Assembly: GCA_946965045.2 (NCBI GenBank)
Contig: OX337237.1
Span: forward strand, 2,914,001-2,978,000
From: Epithemia pelagica
Taxonomy: Eukaryota; Protista; Bacillariophyta
Length of the DNA stretch: 64,000 nucleotides
Direction of reading: 5' to 3'
Both the position numbers and the translations under genes were made by a program. How positions within the stretch are numbered: position 1 is the stretch's first letter; each line of letters starts with the position of its first letter. The notes under the pieces are model-generated. The model was not told where the DNA came from. It saw nothing but the letters and a program-made list of their open reading frames with translations, and did not search any database. Below, piece after piece: positions 53,633 through 64,000 of the stretch.

Positions 53633-56146
53633 TTATCTCCCATATGTCATCGGTATATCCGCTTGCTTTTGCTCAGTTGGCACATCTTCCAAGGCTCTGA
53701 TGCGTTTCAAGCTCGCATCAGCATCCTCGTTCATTAAGTTTAGATAGTTCAACCCAGTTAAGACAATGCAGGGAAAGTCAAACCGTTCCGTCTCACTCCA
53801 ATAATTGTGCCTGAAGCGTTTCTGCTCAAATTGCGTCGCTACGCCTGCGCCAACTTCATCCACTCCTATAGCAAATAGTATCGCTGGCCAATGCATTGCT
53901 AGGTCCACCCCAGCAGCCTTGAAGGTTTCTTTTTCCTCATTCGTCAAAAAATATTCGACGTTCGCCTTGTGATGTGTCGTAGCGTTCTCAGCCCCTGTAA
54001 GACTTTGAAGCGTGTCCGAAACTCTGTTTTTGTCCTGAACGACAACGCCAACGAATGTGTCTTTTTCTACCCTTAGCGGGATGACTTTGTCAATGCCTCT
54101 GCGACCCTCTTCCACAACAATTGCTGCAGTTCGTCGATAAGCATACCGCAGTAAATCATGAGTGATTAGTGGTCCCTTGATTGATTTGGAAAGATACACA
54201 AAATGAGTAAAGCAGACCTGACCGTCAAGGTACGTCAGATATCGGGAAGCTTCACTCGATTGATTCTGTTTCTTTGCTTCGAGAAGGGCCTGCGAATCCG
54301 ACCAATCAAGCCCTAGACGCTTCAAGATTGCGAGTTCGTTTTCTACATTAATTTCTTGAAGACCACTCGTCTCGAGCTTGTCAATCACTGTACCAAGATT
54401 GGCATCCTTTCTGTTGAACTGCTTCAAGTAGTCCTTGAGCTGTACCCCTTTGACTGTTCCACCGCCCATTGCTTTGTCCATTGCAAGCGTCATCAACAGC
54501 CGGACGATGAGTTCTCCTTTGTATCCTTTATCGACAACTCCGAATGCAAGAAACTCGTTCAACGTAGATATCATCCGCTGTATATTTTCGGCGTTGTTCA
54601 TTAATTTTCTGGCAGCCACGGCCAAAACTGGCTCTGAAGGATATGTCACCGTCATGCTCATTCTATCCTCTGAAACGCTTAGCGCTGTACCCATGTGACA
54701 TGCAACAAGGGATGGTGCGTACAAACTTGTCGGTGAGATGGACAGGCACAATCGAACCGACAAAGCAGCCAACAGTTCTTCCTTCTTTGCGAGCTTGAAA
54801 TCGCTCTCCATCGAATTGCGTAGTTTCATTATTGCATAATCAAGCAGAGAACTTGGAGCCAGTGACATTTTGCATGTAAGGAGAGCCTTCCATAGTGGAC
54901 GACCCATTGAATACAAGATTAGCGGATCATGGCATGCTTCAACGTTCTTGGCAAGAAGTGTGTCGCGATCATTGTTCACCCGAAAGCTAGATCCAAGGAT
55001 AAAGGGCTTCAATGGCTTTTGATTATTGTCATCATATCCAGCATAAGGCTTGAATGACGAATCTTGATTCTCGTCATCGTACCTCAAACAGGGCTTCCAT
55101 GACGGATCTTCGGGAGACAAATACGTTATGGAGGAAAATGTGGACATGACAACAAAAAATAGCCATTCCGACTCATCTGTAAACGTCTTGAACACGGCAC
55201 GCAGGGCGCGGTAGAACGACACCCCGTCCGATGTGAATTTGTCCAAGAGCCATGATGCTTCATCAACAACAAAGATAATCTTCTTTTGACCAGGTACTAG
55301 CTTGTGTATCTCCGGTGGCTTGGTGTAGGTTGACAGAGGAGAAATTGTTGTGGAACCGGAACCCGGGTTTTCCCCTGCAATCGCTTGGTTCAAAGCCACG
55401 CATATCTCCTTGTAGAGCGCTTGTTCTAGCACTTTCCTTGGGTACTCTGAGAAATCTGAGTCGTCAATCGTTACGTTCTTTGATGGGTAGGCTTTCTTGG
55501 AAGCAAAGGTCCAGTAAACGACCTGATAGTCCTTGGGCGGATAGGCTTTCAAATGAGTAACGAGACGTGATTTCCCGTAGCCAGAGCTCTGAATGACCGC
55601 AAAAAACGGAGCGTTTTTCACGATAGATTTTGCCTTCCGTTGCAAGAAAATCTTCCGTTGCTCCTCAAGATGTCGTATGAATTCGAGATCATCCTCATGG
55701 CTTTCATAGTCCTGTCTAAATGCACTTTCAGCAAAGTCTTGCGGTAAATCCGGAACAGAATCCGCGAAATCCTTTTTTTCTCTTATCTCAAGAAACCTGT
55801 AAATTCTAGAGGACAACAATAACCAATCATTATTCTCGACGGTGATCGCTGAAGAAAGTTTCGCGACCACCACAAGACTCTTGTTTTCCTTCGATATCTT
55901 GTTCCAATTCTTTGTGGAAGATTTTGCATCATTATATGCTTTTTCCAAAATGTCCACGTACGACCGCTGCTGAGACTGATATGCTTCGCCCTTGTCGGTG
56001 TCGATGAGACTACTGTAGTCGTACGGCGGATGCCCCCGTTTGCTGCTTGTTTCTGTTGTTCCCGATGTAGCATCGACCATATTGACGTCTTCTTCCTCTT
56101 CTTCCATTGCCAATTTCTCGCTTCCCTCGACTGTTCGCTTGGACAT
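53633..56146 (-). CDS. Crinkler-type NTPase + REase-fold protein, copy N3 (837 aa)
   Basis: Same motifs; most divergent N-terminal block. Confidence 0.78.
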   Translation of the reverse strand: MSKRTVEGSEKLAMEEEEEDVNMVDATSGTTETSSKRGHPPYDYSSLIDTDKGEAYQSQQRSYVDILEKAYNDAKSSTKNWNKISKENKSLVVVAKLSSAITVENNDWLLLSSRIYRFLEIREKKDFADSVPDLPQDFAESAFRQDYESHEDDLEFIRHLEEQRKIFLQRKAKSIVKNAPFFAVIQSSGYGKSRLVTHLKAYPPKDYQVVYWTFASKKAYPSKNVTIDDSDFSEYPRKVLEQALYKEICVALNQAIAGENPGSGSTTISPLSTYTKPPEIHKLVPGQKKIIFVVDEASWLLDKFTSDGVSFYRALRAVFKTFTDESEWLFFVVMSTFSSITYLSPEDPSWKPCLRYDDENQDSSFKPYAGYDDNNQKPLKPFILGSSFRVNNDRDTLLAKNVEACHDPLILYSMGRPLWKALLTCKMSLAPSSLLDYAIMKLRNSMESDFKLAKKEELLAALSVRLCLSISPTSLYAPSLVACHMGTALSVSEDRMSMTVTYPSEPVLAVAARKLMNNAENIQRMISTLNEFLAFGVVDKGYKGELIVRLLMTLAMDKAMGGGTVKGVQLKDYLKQFNRKDANLGTVIDKLETSGLQEINVENELAILKRLGLDWSDSQALLEAKKQNQSSEASRYLTYLDGQVCFTHFVYLSKSIKGPLITHDLLRYAYRRTAAIVVEEGRRGIDKVIPLRVEKDTFVGVVVQDKNRVSDTLQSLTGAENATTHHKANVEYFLTNEEKETFKAAGVDLAMHWPAILFAIGVDEVGAGVATQFEQKRFRHNYWSETERFDFPCIVLTGLNYLNLMNEDADASLKRIRALEDVPTEQKQADIPMTYGR

Positions 56147-56171
56147 GATGCTTTTGCACCAAAGATCGAAA

Positions 56172-57461
56172 TTACATGTCGATGAACAAAAAATGAACAC
56201 ATGACGTGAAAAATATGAAAGGGCGCCCCCCCCCTTTTCTATTGTTGGGTGGCAGCTCTCCGTTCACTGACTCTTGAGGAATGGATGGGTAATGAACTGG
56301 GACGGTGCGAAGCATTTGATTCGCATCCATTCTTTTACAATTGTGTTTAAATTCGGCGTACATCTCCATGACCAGATCGTTGCGTTCGGATCGACTCGTG
56401 TTTCCAGTTGTAGCCATCAAGGGAAAGTATCCATAGTAGGCACATTTAAACTTTTGGACAAGGCCCAAAAGCCAAATTCTTAATAATGGGGAGGAAACAG
56501 TTCAATAATCGCTGATCCTGTTTTCATGAAAAGGAGATTGGTTGAGGCAGCACCGTGTGGAAGAATTACAATGGACTGTCGAGACCACCATGTAAATTGC
56601 TCTATTGGCTTCATATCTTCCATGTTGGCACGTTCCACAATACAATCCGGGTACATTTGGCGAATAGCTCGCTCCAGTTGGTCCATGTTCCCAATTTTGC
56701 GATTGTTCAATCGATTGACCAAGCCGATCCGGAGAACAGTCTCATCCATAAGGGCCACGTTGCTGCTGCTGGAATTGGTGGTTCCGCTAATGTTGTTGTG
56801 GTTTCGATACGTTTTTGTTTGAAAGAGACGATTTCGCAACGCTTGTCCATGTTGGGGATCCCAAAAAAATCGACGGAGAGCGGCATCATTACGGTGTGGT
56901 CGAAACAAGTAATAGGTATGAGTGGCAGTGTTTCGTGGCAAGTCTCGTTTTCGTGTGGTGCCCAACTGGTGGTCCTTCTTTTGTTGTTGTTGTTGTTGTT
57001 TTTCGGGGCCGAGGGAGACAATTGTACTCGTTTGTGGTAACTCTGATAGATTGAACTCTCTGTAGTCGTAGGTACACTTCATCAACTTGACAATCAAGGC
57101 CGTTCGCCGATCTTTGGCAACTGGACCCACACCAGCCAAGTGGTTGAGGTTGACACGGCACTGAAACGTGTCCTCGTCGTTGTCGTCGTTGGACAGTTGA
57201 GAAGAGGCTGTTGCTTGGAGTAGTGCTTGCTGCGACTGAAAGAAACTCCAACATTGACTCAAGGCTTGGAGTGCATGCGGGAAATGATAGAACATATACG
57301 TCGACTCCTTGTCCAAAAAGCACATCAAGGCAATGGCCCTCCTGTTCGGCTGCTGCAGTTCTGTTGCTAGTATGGTGGCATGCTCCTGTGAGCCTTGCAA
57401 TTCCGTGTTATTGTTGCTTCTCATCCCAACGAATCTTGGTGATGCTGGTACTACCGGTGGA
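56172..57461 (-). pseudogene. GT61 pseudogene copy, additionally 5'-deleted
   Basis: Same TAA (56480-56482) and frameshift as the 48272-49719 copy. TM-coding 5' end absent beyond the junction at 57457-57461. Confidence 0.82.
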
Positions 57462-58181
57462 AGGAAAGGTAAGATGAGACTATCCTAGTTGATCATCGTG
57501 GGTTGTGGCGGCTGTCGTCATCGTCGTTCTGGTTGTGGGTACCCTACTTTGAGAGCCTTGGCCGAAACGATCGACATGTTGTTATTGTTGTTCTCGTAAT
57601 GGTTCGTTTGGGGGCATTCGCAAGAGGACTCTTGGATTGGGAATGGTGTTTGTTGTTGCGTGAAGGATGGAATACAAGGAGTCGGGGATGGTGACCAAAT
57701 GCACCTGTTGTGGTTGTGGTTGCACGGCCGAACCCAGACCGGAACAGCAGCAAACCTGTCACGGGCCCAAGTAGCCGCCACAGCCGAGCGGACCCATGTC
57801 GTTCTTTTGTTGGTGGTGCTGTCGAACTTGTGAGGACGGAACCAGGACATTGGATCGCACCAATCTTCCAGTGGCTTGCCTTTGTATACGGACGTATCGA
57901 ATACAGCCCAACGATCGCAACACACCTCTCTACGCCACCAAAGGACTGTTGTTGTCAACTGTTTCCGGGGTTGGTGAAATGCGAGATCGCGGCATAGATC
58001 CAATGCTACGTCCTTCGTCAATCTAGGTATATCTTCGACCGATAGGTGATCTAAAAGCGACCTGTAGATGTGATGGTATGTACTCGTAGGATGATCGTGA
58101 ATTGGCTCGCTCCCAACCAGAAATCAAGAAACGTGGTTTCCACAAGACACACATGCAAACTCGGCACAAAAAGACAGAACC

Positions 58182-59723
58182 ATGAGGAGGAGGCGCCGGT
58201 CCCAATGTGATCGGTCCACGACAAAAGCGACGCCGTCTTTTTCCAGAAGAAGCCTTTTGCGGTGGCGAACTGTACTTGCCGCCACAATTGCAGTGGCATT
58301 GACAGGAATCTTTGTCACATCTCGTCAATTCCTTCTGCAACTCTCCTCCTCGTCGCCTTTTATGGCGGGGGACAGCCACGAAACAGAACACGCTCCACCA
58401 GCAGTAGAAACACCGCCAGCATTCGTAGAAGACGCTCCACCAGTAGTAGAAGCGACAGGATTCGTTGGGATGAGAAGCAAGAGCAACAACAAGAGCACGG
58501 AGTTGCAAGGTTCACAAGAGGATACCACCACACCAGCAACGTCCTACAACAAGAGCAATAGCAACAACAACACGGAGTTGCAAGTTCCCCAGCATCATCC
58601 TGTTTCGTCACAACAAGCACCAGAGAACCATCTGCCGAGCACAAAGACCATTGCCTTGTGGTGCTTTTTGGACGACAAGTCAACGTATATTTTCCCTCAC
58701 TTTCCGCATGCACTGCAAGCCTTGAGTCAGTGTTGGAGTTTCTTTCAGTCCCAGCAGGCACAACTTCAGGCCACAGCCTCTTCTCAACTCCTCTCGAACG
58801 ACGACACGTTTCAGTGTCATATCAACCTCAACCGCGTGGGACGTTTGGGACAAGTCAAAAGGGATTGGCGAGCGGCCTTGATTGTCAAGTTGATGAAATG
58901 TACCTACGACTACAAAGAGTTCAATCTGTCACAGCTACCACAGAATAGTACGGTTATCTCACTAATAAAGCGTCCGGCCGATCAACCACAAGACCAAAAG
59001 CAACAACCAAAGGGAAAGAAGCACACCAAGCCAAAACCAGAGTTGCCTCGGAACAACGCAACGCATACCTATTACTTGTTTCGACCACACCGTAATGATG
59101 CCGCGTATTATCGATTCTTTTGGGATCCTCAACATGGACAAGTGCTGCGAAATCGACTCTTTGAAACAAAAAGCTATCGAAACCACAACAACATTAGCAA
59201 AACCACCAACTCCAGTAGCAACAGTGTGGTCCTTATGGATGAGACTGTTCTCCGAATTGGATTGGTCAACCGATTGGGTAATCGAAAAGTGGGGAACATG
59301 GACCAACTGCAGAAAGCTATACAGCGAATGTACCCGGATTGTATTGTGGAACGTGCCAATATGGAAGGCATGACGCCTCTACAACAATTTACGTGGTGGT
59401 CTCGACAGTCCATTGTCATTCTTCCACACGGTGCTGGCTCGACTAATCTCGTGTTTCTGAAAGCAGGATCGGCCATTATTGAAATTTTCCCACCGCACTA
59501 TTACTGGAGGGGATTTTGGGCCTTGTCCAAAACGTTAAATGGGCACTACTATGGATACTTTCCCTTGATGGCGACAACTGGAAACACGAGTCGATCCGAA
59601 CGCAACGATCTGGTCATGGAGATGTACGCCGAATTTAAACAAAGTTGTAAACAATTGGATGCGTATCGAATCCTTCGTAGCGTCCCAGTTATCAGCAACA
59701 ACAACAAACTTTTATTCCACTGA
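58182..59723 (+). CDS. GT61 glycosyltransferase, second copy (protein identical to 50840..52381)
   Basis: Identical translation in the track; offset 7342 bp. Confidence 0.82.
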   Translation: MRRRRRSQCDRSTTKATPSFSRRSLLRWRTVLAATIAVALTGIFVTSRQFLLQLSSSSPFMAGDSHETEHAPPAVETPPAFVEDAPPVVEATGFVGMRSKSNNKSTELQGSQEDTTTPATSYNKSNSNNNTELQVPQHHPVSSQQAPENHLPSTKTIALWCFLDDKSTYIFPHFPHALQALSQCWSFFQSQQAQLQATASSQLLSNDDTFQCHINLNRVGRLGQVKRDWRAALIVKLMKCTYDYKEFNLSQLPQNSTVISLIKRPADQPQDQKQQPKGKKHTKPKPELPRNNATHTYYLFRPHRNDAAYYRFFWDPQHGQVLRNRLFETKSYRNHNNISKTTNSSSNSVVLMDETVLRIGLVNRLGNRKVGNMDQLQKAIQRMYPDCIVERANMEGMTPLQQFTWWSRQSIVILPHGAGSTNLVFLKAGSAIIEIFPPHYYWRGFWALSKTLNGHYYGYFPLMATTGNTSRSERNDLVMEMYAEFKQSCKQLDAYRILRSVPVISNNNKLLFH

Positions 59724-60974
59724 ATCAAAGTGACGGGAACGTGTTATCGTGGTCCTATGTACCTCAAGTCTCTAAAATGGTATCCTGGTGTTGGTCGGCT
59801 CAACACGTTTTGCCAAACAAGGACAATCTGGTCCATCACTTTGACGACGACCCGCCACAATGGCTCATGGATGAATACTCGTGAGGCACCAGTCGAGATG
59901 GAACTGTTTGGATTCTAAATGTGGTTTATCCGCCGATATGGTCCGCCGACGTCCTCACCACCGCCAAGGACGACTCCGACGACGATCCTGTGGCAAAGAA
60001 TATGCTCCTCTTTATTCCACGTGTTGGGGGCTCTGTTGGAAGGAGCAATATATTATATAGACCACGTATGGTGGTTTCTTCCCTTGCATGCGTCTCCCGA
60101 AATCTAGAGCCGAACGTGCCGTGATCGTTCTCCTCAATTGGTGGGATAAAGCTATCATTGATAGCACGGTTTCACGCATGGACCCGCATTCGCTCACCAG
60201 ACACTGGTACACGTGGCATCCAGAAAACTGCTTCAGATAGTTCCTTGGGCCAAGGAAAAGAACAGCGCTGAATACGAGTAGAAGACCAAGAGACAAAACG
60301 AAGAGGAAGCAACCATGATGAACAGCTACCGAAATTGCTCTACTACTGCGACGCTTTATCGAAGACCAATCCGAGTTGCAACCAAGTGCACCATCATGTC
60401 GCAACAATCATATGGTTCATGGTGGTTTGGCGTCTTTTGTATTCTTTGGAATTTGGTTGAATTGCTGGTTGCTTGCCAACCAAAACCACTCGTTTCGACG
60501 CATGTCGAAAGAAGAGTGGACCGGTATAGGCTGTACGGTTATCGCATCCTGGCGAGAGAGATCGAGAATGAGAGAACCCATTTTTTGGTGGCTAAGTGCC
60601 TCGTTGCGACAAGGAAGATGTCGCCCCGCGCTCATAGGCCGCAAGCTCTCGTCGCGCCGGCTTGCGTCCCGTTTCTCACCAAAATCTGAAACAACATACC
60701 AAGAACCAAGACACCAAAAAACACAAGACTAAAAACTGACAGAAGATATAAGCAATATGCAACACCATGTCCCCTTGGAACGGAGGAAGCAGTGATGGCC
60801 ATCGCCAAAGATTCAATGAAAAAAGGCGCTGCTTCAAATGGCAGTGAGCCAACTACTTCGTGCGATCATTCCGCAGAGGGACAAAGGAACTCGAAGTTAA
60901 GGAAAACTTACTATCGTTTCTCCTATGTCCTACTCTTCACCTTGTTCCGATGCGAGGTCCAAAAATGACATTAA

Positions 60975-63461
60975 TTATCTCCCATATGTCATCGGTATGT
61001 CCGCTTGCTTTTGCTCAGTTGGCACATCTTCCAAGGCTCTGATGCGTTTCAAGCTCGCATCAGCATCCTCGTTCATTAAGTTAAGATAGTTCAACCCAGT
61101 TAAGACAATGCAGGGAAAGTCAAAGCGTTCCGTCTCACTCCAATAATTGTGCCTGAAGCGTTTCTGCTCAAATTGCGTCGCTACGCCTGCGCCAACATCA
61201 TCCACTCCTATAGCAAATAGTATCGCTGGCCAATGCATTGCTAGGTCCACCCCAGCAGCCTTGAAGGTTTCTTTTTCCTCATTCGTCAAAAAATATTCGA
61301 CGTTCGCCTTGTGATGTGTCGTAGCGTTCTCAGCCCCTGTAAGACTTTGAAGCGTGTCCGAAACTCTGTTTTTGTCCTGAACGACAACGCCAACGAATGT
61401 GTCTTTTTCTACCCTTAGCGGGATGACTTTGTCAATGCCTCTGCGACCCTCTTCCACAACAATTGCTGCAGTTCGTCGATAAGCATACCGCAGTAAATCA
61501 TGAGTGATTAGTGGTCCCTTGATTGATTTGGAAAGATACACAAAATGAGTAAAGCAGACCTGACCGTCAAAGTACGTCAGATATCGGGAAGCTTCACTCG
61601 ATTGATTCTGTTTCTTTGCTTCGAGAAGGGCCTTTGAATCCGACCAATCAAGCTCTAGACGCTTCAAGATTGCGAGTTCGTTTTCTACATTAATTTCTTG
61701 AAGACCACTCGTCTCGAGCTTGTCAATCACTGTACCAAGATTGGCATCCTTTCTGTTGAACTGCTTCAAGTAGTCCTTGAGCTGTACCCCTTTGACTGTT
61801 CCACCGCCCATTGCTTTGTCCATTGCAAGCGTCATCAATAACCGGACGATGAGTTCTCCTTTGTATCCTTTATCGACAACTCCGAATGCAAGAAACTCGT
61901 TCAACGTAGATATCATCCGCTGTATATTTTCGGCGTTGTTCATTAATTTTCTGGCAGCCACGGCCAAAACTGGCTCTGAAGGATATGTCACCGTCATGCT
62001 CATTCTATCCTCTGAAACGCTTAGCGCTGTACCCATGTGACATGCAACAAGGGATGGTGCGTACAAACTTGTCGGTGAGATGGACAGGCACAATCGAACC
62101 GACAACGCAGCCAACAATTCTTCCTTCTTTGCAAGCTGGACATCGCTCTCCATCGAATTGCGTAGTTTCATTATTGCATAATCAAGCAGAGAACTTGGAG
62201 CCAGTGACATTTTGCATGTAAGGAGAGCCTTCCATAGAGGACGACCCATTGAATACAAGATTAGCGGATCATGGCATGCTTCAACGTTCTTGGCAAGTAG
62301 TGTGTCGCGATCATTGTTCACCCGAAAGCTAGATCCAAGGATAAAGGGCTTCAATGGCTTTTGATTATTGTCATCATATCCAGCATAAGGCTTGAATGAC
62401 GAATCTTGATTCTCGTCATCGTACCTCGAACAGGGCTTCCATGACGGATCTTCGGGAGACAAATACGTTATGGAGGAAAATGTGGACATGACAACAAAAA
62501 AAAGCCATTCCGACTCATCTGTAAACGTCTTGAACACGGCACGCAGGGCGCGGTAGAACGACACCCCGTCCGATGTGAATTTGTCCAAGAGCCATGATGC
62601 TTCATCAACAACAAAGATAATCTTATTTTGACCAGTTGGCACCTTGGATATCGCCGGTGGCTTGGTGTCGGTAAGCAGTGGAGAAATTTTTGGTGAGACG
62701 GAACCCGGGTTTTCCCCTGCAATCGCTTGGTTCAAAGCCACGCATATCTCCTGGTGGAGCGCATTTTCTAGCACTATCCTTGGGTACTTTGAGAAGTCCG
62801 ACTCCTCAATCGTCACGTTCTTTGATGGGTAGGCTTTCTTGGAACTAAAGGTCCAGTAAACGACCTGATAGTTCTCGGGCGGATGATCTTTCAAATGAGT
62901 AACGAGACGTGATTTCCCGTAGCCAGAGCTCTGAATGACCGCAAAAAACGGAGCGTTTTTTACGACAGATTCTTTCTTTCGTTGCAAGAAAATCTTCCGT
63001 TGCTCCTCAAGATGTCGTATGAATTCGAGATCATCCTCATGGCTTTCATAGTCCAGTCTAAATGCACTTTCAGCAGAGTCTTGGGCCAAATCCTTTTTTT
63101 CTCTTATCTCAAGAAACCTGCCAATTCTAGAGCATAACCACTTGTCAGTCTCGGCGGTGATCGTTGAAGGAAATTTCCTGGCAATCAAAATGATCTTGTG
63201 TGACTCCGATGCCTTGTTCCAGTCCTCCACGGTCGATTTTGCATCATTATATGCCTTTTCCAAAATGCCCACGCACGACCACTGCTGAGACTGAGATGCT
63301 TCGACCTCGTCGGTGTCGATGAGACTACTGTAGTCGTACGGCGGATGCCCCCGTTTGCTGCTTGTTTCTGTTGTTCCGGATGTAGCATCGACCATATTGA
63401 CGTCTTCCTCCTCTTCTTCCATTGCCAATTTCTCGCTTCCCTCGACTGTTCGCTTGGACAT
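60975..63461 (-). CDS. Crinkler-type NTPase + REase-fold protein, copy N4 (828 aa, N1/N2 mosaic)
   Basis: Same motifs; intact ORF. Confidence 0.78.
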   Translation of the reverse strand: MSKRTVEGSEKLAMEEEEEDVNMVDATSGTTETSSKRGHPPYDYSSLIDTDEVEASQSQQWSCVGILEKAYNDAKSTVEDWNKASESHKIILIARKFPSTITAETDKWLCSRIGRFLEIREKKDLAQDSAESAFRLDYESHEDDLEFIRHLEEQRKIFLQRKKESVVKNAPFFAVIQSSGYGKSRLVTHLKDHPPENYQVVYWTFSSKKAYPSKNVTIEESDFSKYPRIVLENALHQEICVALNQAIAGENPGSVSPKISPLLTDTKPPAISKVPTGQNKIIFVVDEASWLLDKFTSDGVSFYRALRAVFKTFTDESEWLFFVVMSTFSSITYLSPEDPSWKPCSRYDDENQDSSFKPYAGYDDNNQKPLKPFILGSSFRVNNDRDTLLAKNVEACHDPLILYSMGRPLWKALLTCKMSLAPSSLLDYAIMKLRNSMESDVQLAKKEELLAALSVRLCLSISPTSLYAPSLVACHMGTALSVSEDRMSMTVTYPSEPVLAVAARKLMNNAENIQRMISTLNEFLAFGVVDKGYKGELIVRLLMTLAMDKAMGGGTVKGVQLKDYLKQFNRKDANLGTVIDKLETSGLQEINVENELAILKRLELDWSDSKALLEAKKQNQSSEASRYLTYFDGQVCFTHFVYLSKSIKGPLITHDLLRYAYRRTAAIVVEEGRRGIDKVIPLRVEKDTFVGVVVQDKNRVSDTLQSLTGAENATTHHKANVEYFLTNEEKETFKAAGVDLAMHWPAILFAIGVDDVGAGVATQFEQKRFRHNYWSETERFDFPCIVLTGLNYLNLMNEDADASLKRIRALEDVPTEQKQADIPMTYGR

Positions 63462-64000
63462 GATGCTTTTGCACCAAAGATCGAAATTACATGTCGATGA
63501 ACAAAAAATGAACCCATGATGTGAAAAATATGAAAGGGCGCCCCCCCCTTTCTACAATATTATTTGGTGGCAGCGGTCTCTCCGTTGCTCGTCGTTCACT
63601 GACACGTCAGATGAAACGATAGTCTATTTCAGCTGCCGCGGCAGTCCCGCAGGACATACTCGACCGACTGCCCGGGCGCCATTTCGACGCGAGGGAACAG
63701 CCCTCCGGTGACGGGGGCCACACACAGACGACCATTTTAACGGACCCTGTAACTGGTCCTCCCAACCCACGATCGTGGAAGTGTCAGATGAAATCGAGCA
63801 AAAGATAGAGATAAAGGTCGCAAAAACTTATGTGGAGTACTATAAATCATCACAGTTATTGAGCGATTGTAGCGGGTCCACATCAAAGTGGTGGACCAGT
63901 GTGTCCCGGCATCAACACGTTGAGCCAACGTACAATATGAAACCATTTTAGAAAATTGGTCGTATAGATTGTTGTTGTTGCTGATAAGCCAATTCGACCA

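Larger units (their letters stand above)
45730..63550. repeat. Tandem array with periods of 7873 bp (N2 to N3) and 7342 bp (N3 to N4)
   Basis: The 531-bp difference equals a 545-bp deletion + a 10-bp deletion + one lost CAA codon, minus the 27 bp by which N3 exceeds N2. Confidence 0.92.

Noticed and set aside
35008-63461. Prokaryotic defence operon or bacterial contamination
   Set aside because: Spliced genes, UBR1, WD40, a LINE and continuous homology with the flanking eukaryotic genes argue for nuclear DNA.
1-64000. tRNA, rRNA or other structured ncRNA genes
   Set aside because: None recognised by eye; tRNAscan-SE/Infernal would be needed to exclude them.

Overview
Eukaryotic nuclear DNA, most likely a diatom. 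This is inferred from short GT-AG introns, diatom-type LRR, SET and sulfotransferase-like families, and CAA-rich low-complexity coding; the species cannot be determined. The left half (1-34.6 kb) is mostly ordinary gene space: an LRR protein running off the window edge, a 2OG-Fe(II) oxygenase, two tandem GSTs, a frameshifted NAD(P)H-binding reductase, three sulfotransferase-like type II membrane paralogs, a secretory-type SET protein, a stop-interrupted Crinkler/RHS-like ATPase-nuclease, a 3-exon small basic protein, a WD40 protein and an intronless 3525-aa UBR1/PRT6-type E3 ligase. The right half (34.3-64 kb) is a rearranged accessory array. It holds four copies of an ~830-aa P-loop NTPase + restriction-endonuclease-fold gene whose C-terminal ~70% is nearly invariant while the N-terminal part is a block-wise mosaic. 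These copies are interleaved with GT61 glycosyltransferases and sulfotransferase relics, plus a Harbinger-type MITE, a 5'-truncated LINE with an intact TSD, and a 45-bp in-frame minisatellite. The best candidate for an undescribed system is this polymorphic NTPase-nuclease array and its repeated linkage to Golgi-type glycan-modifying genes through a shared upstream element. Family assignments are by motif recognition only, with no database searches. Collapsed or duplicated haplotypes in the assembly cannot be excluded.
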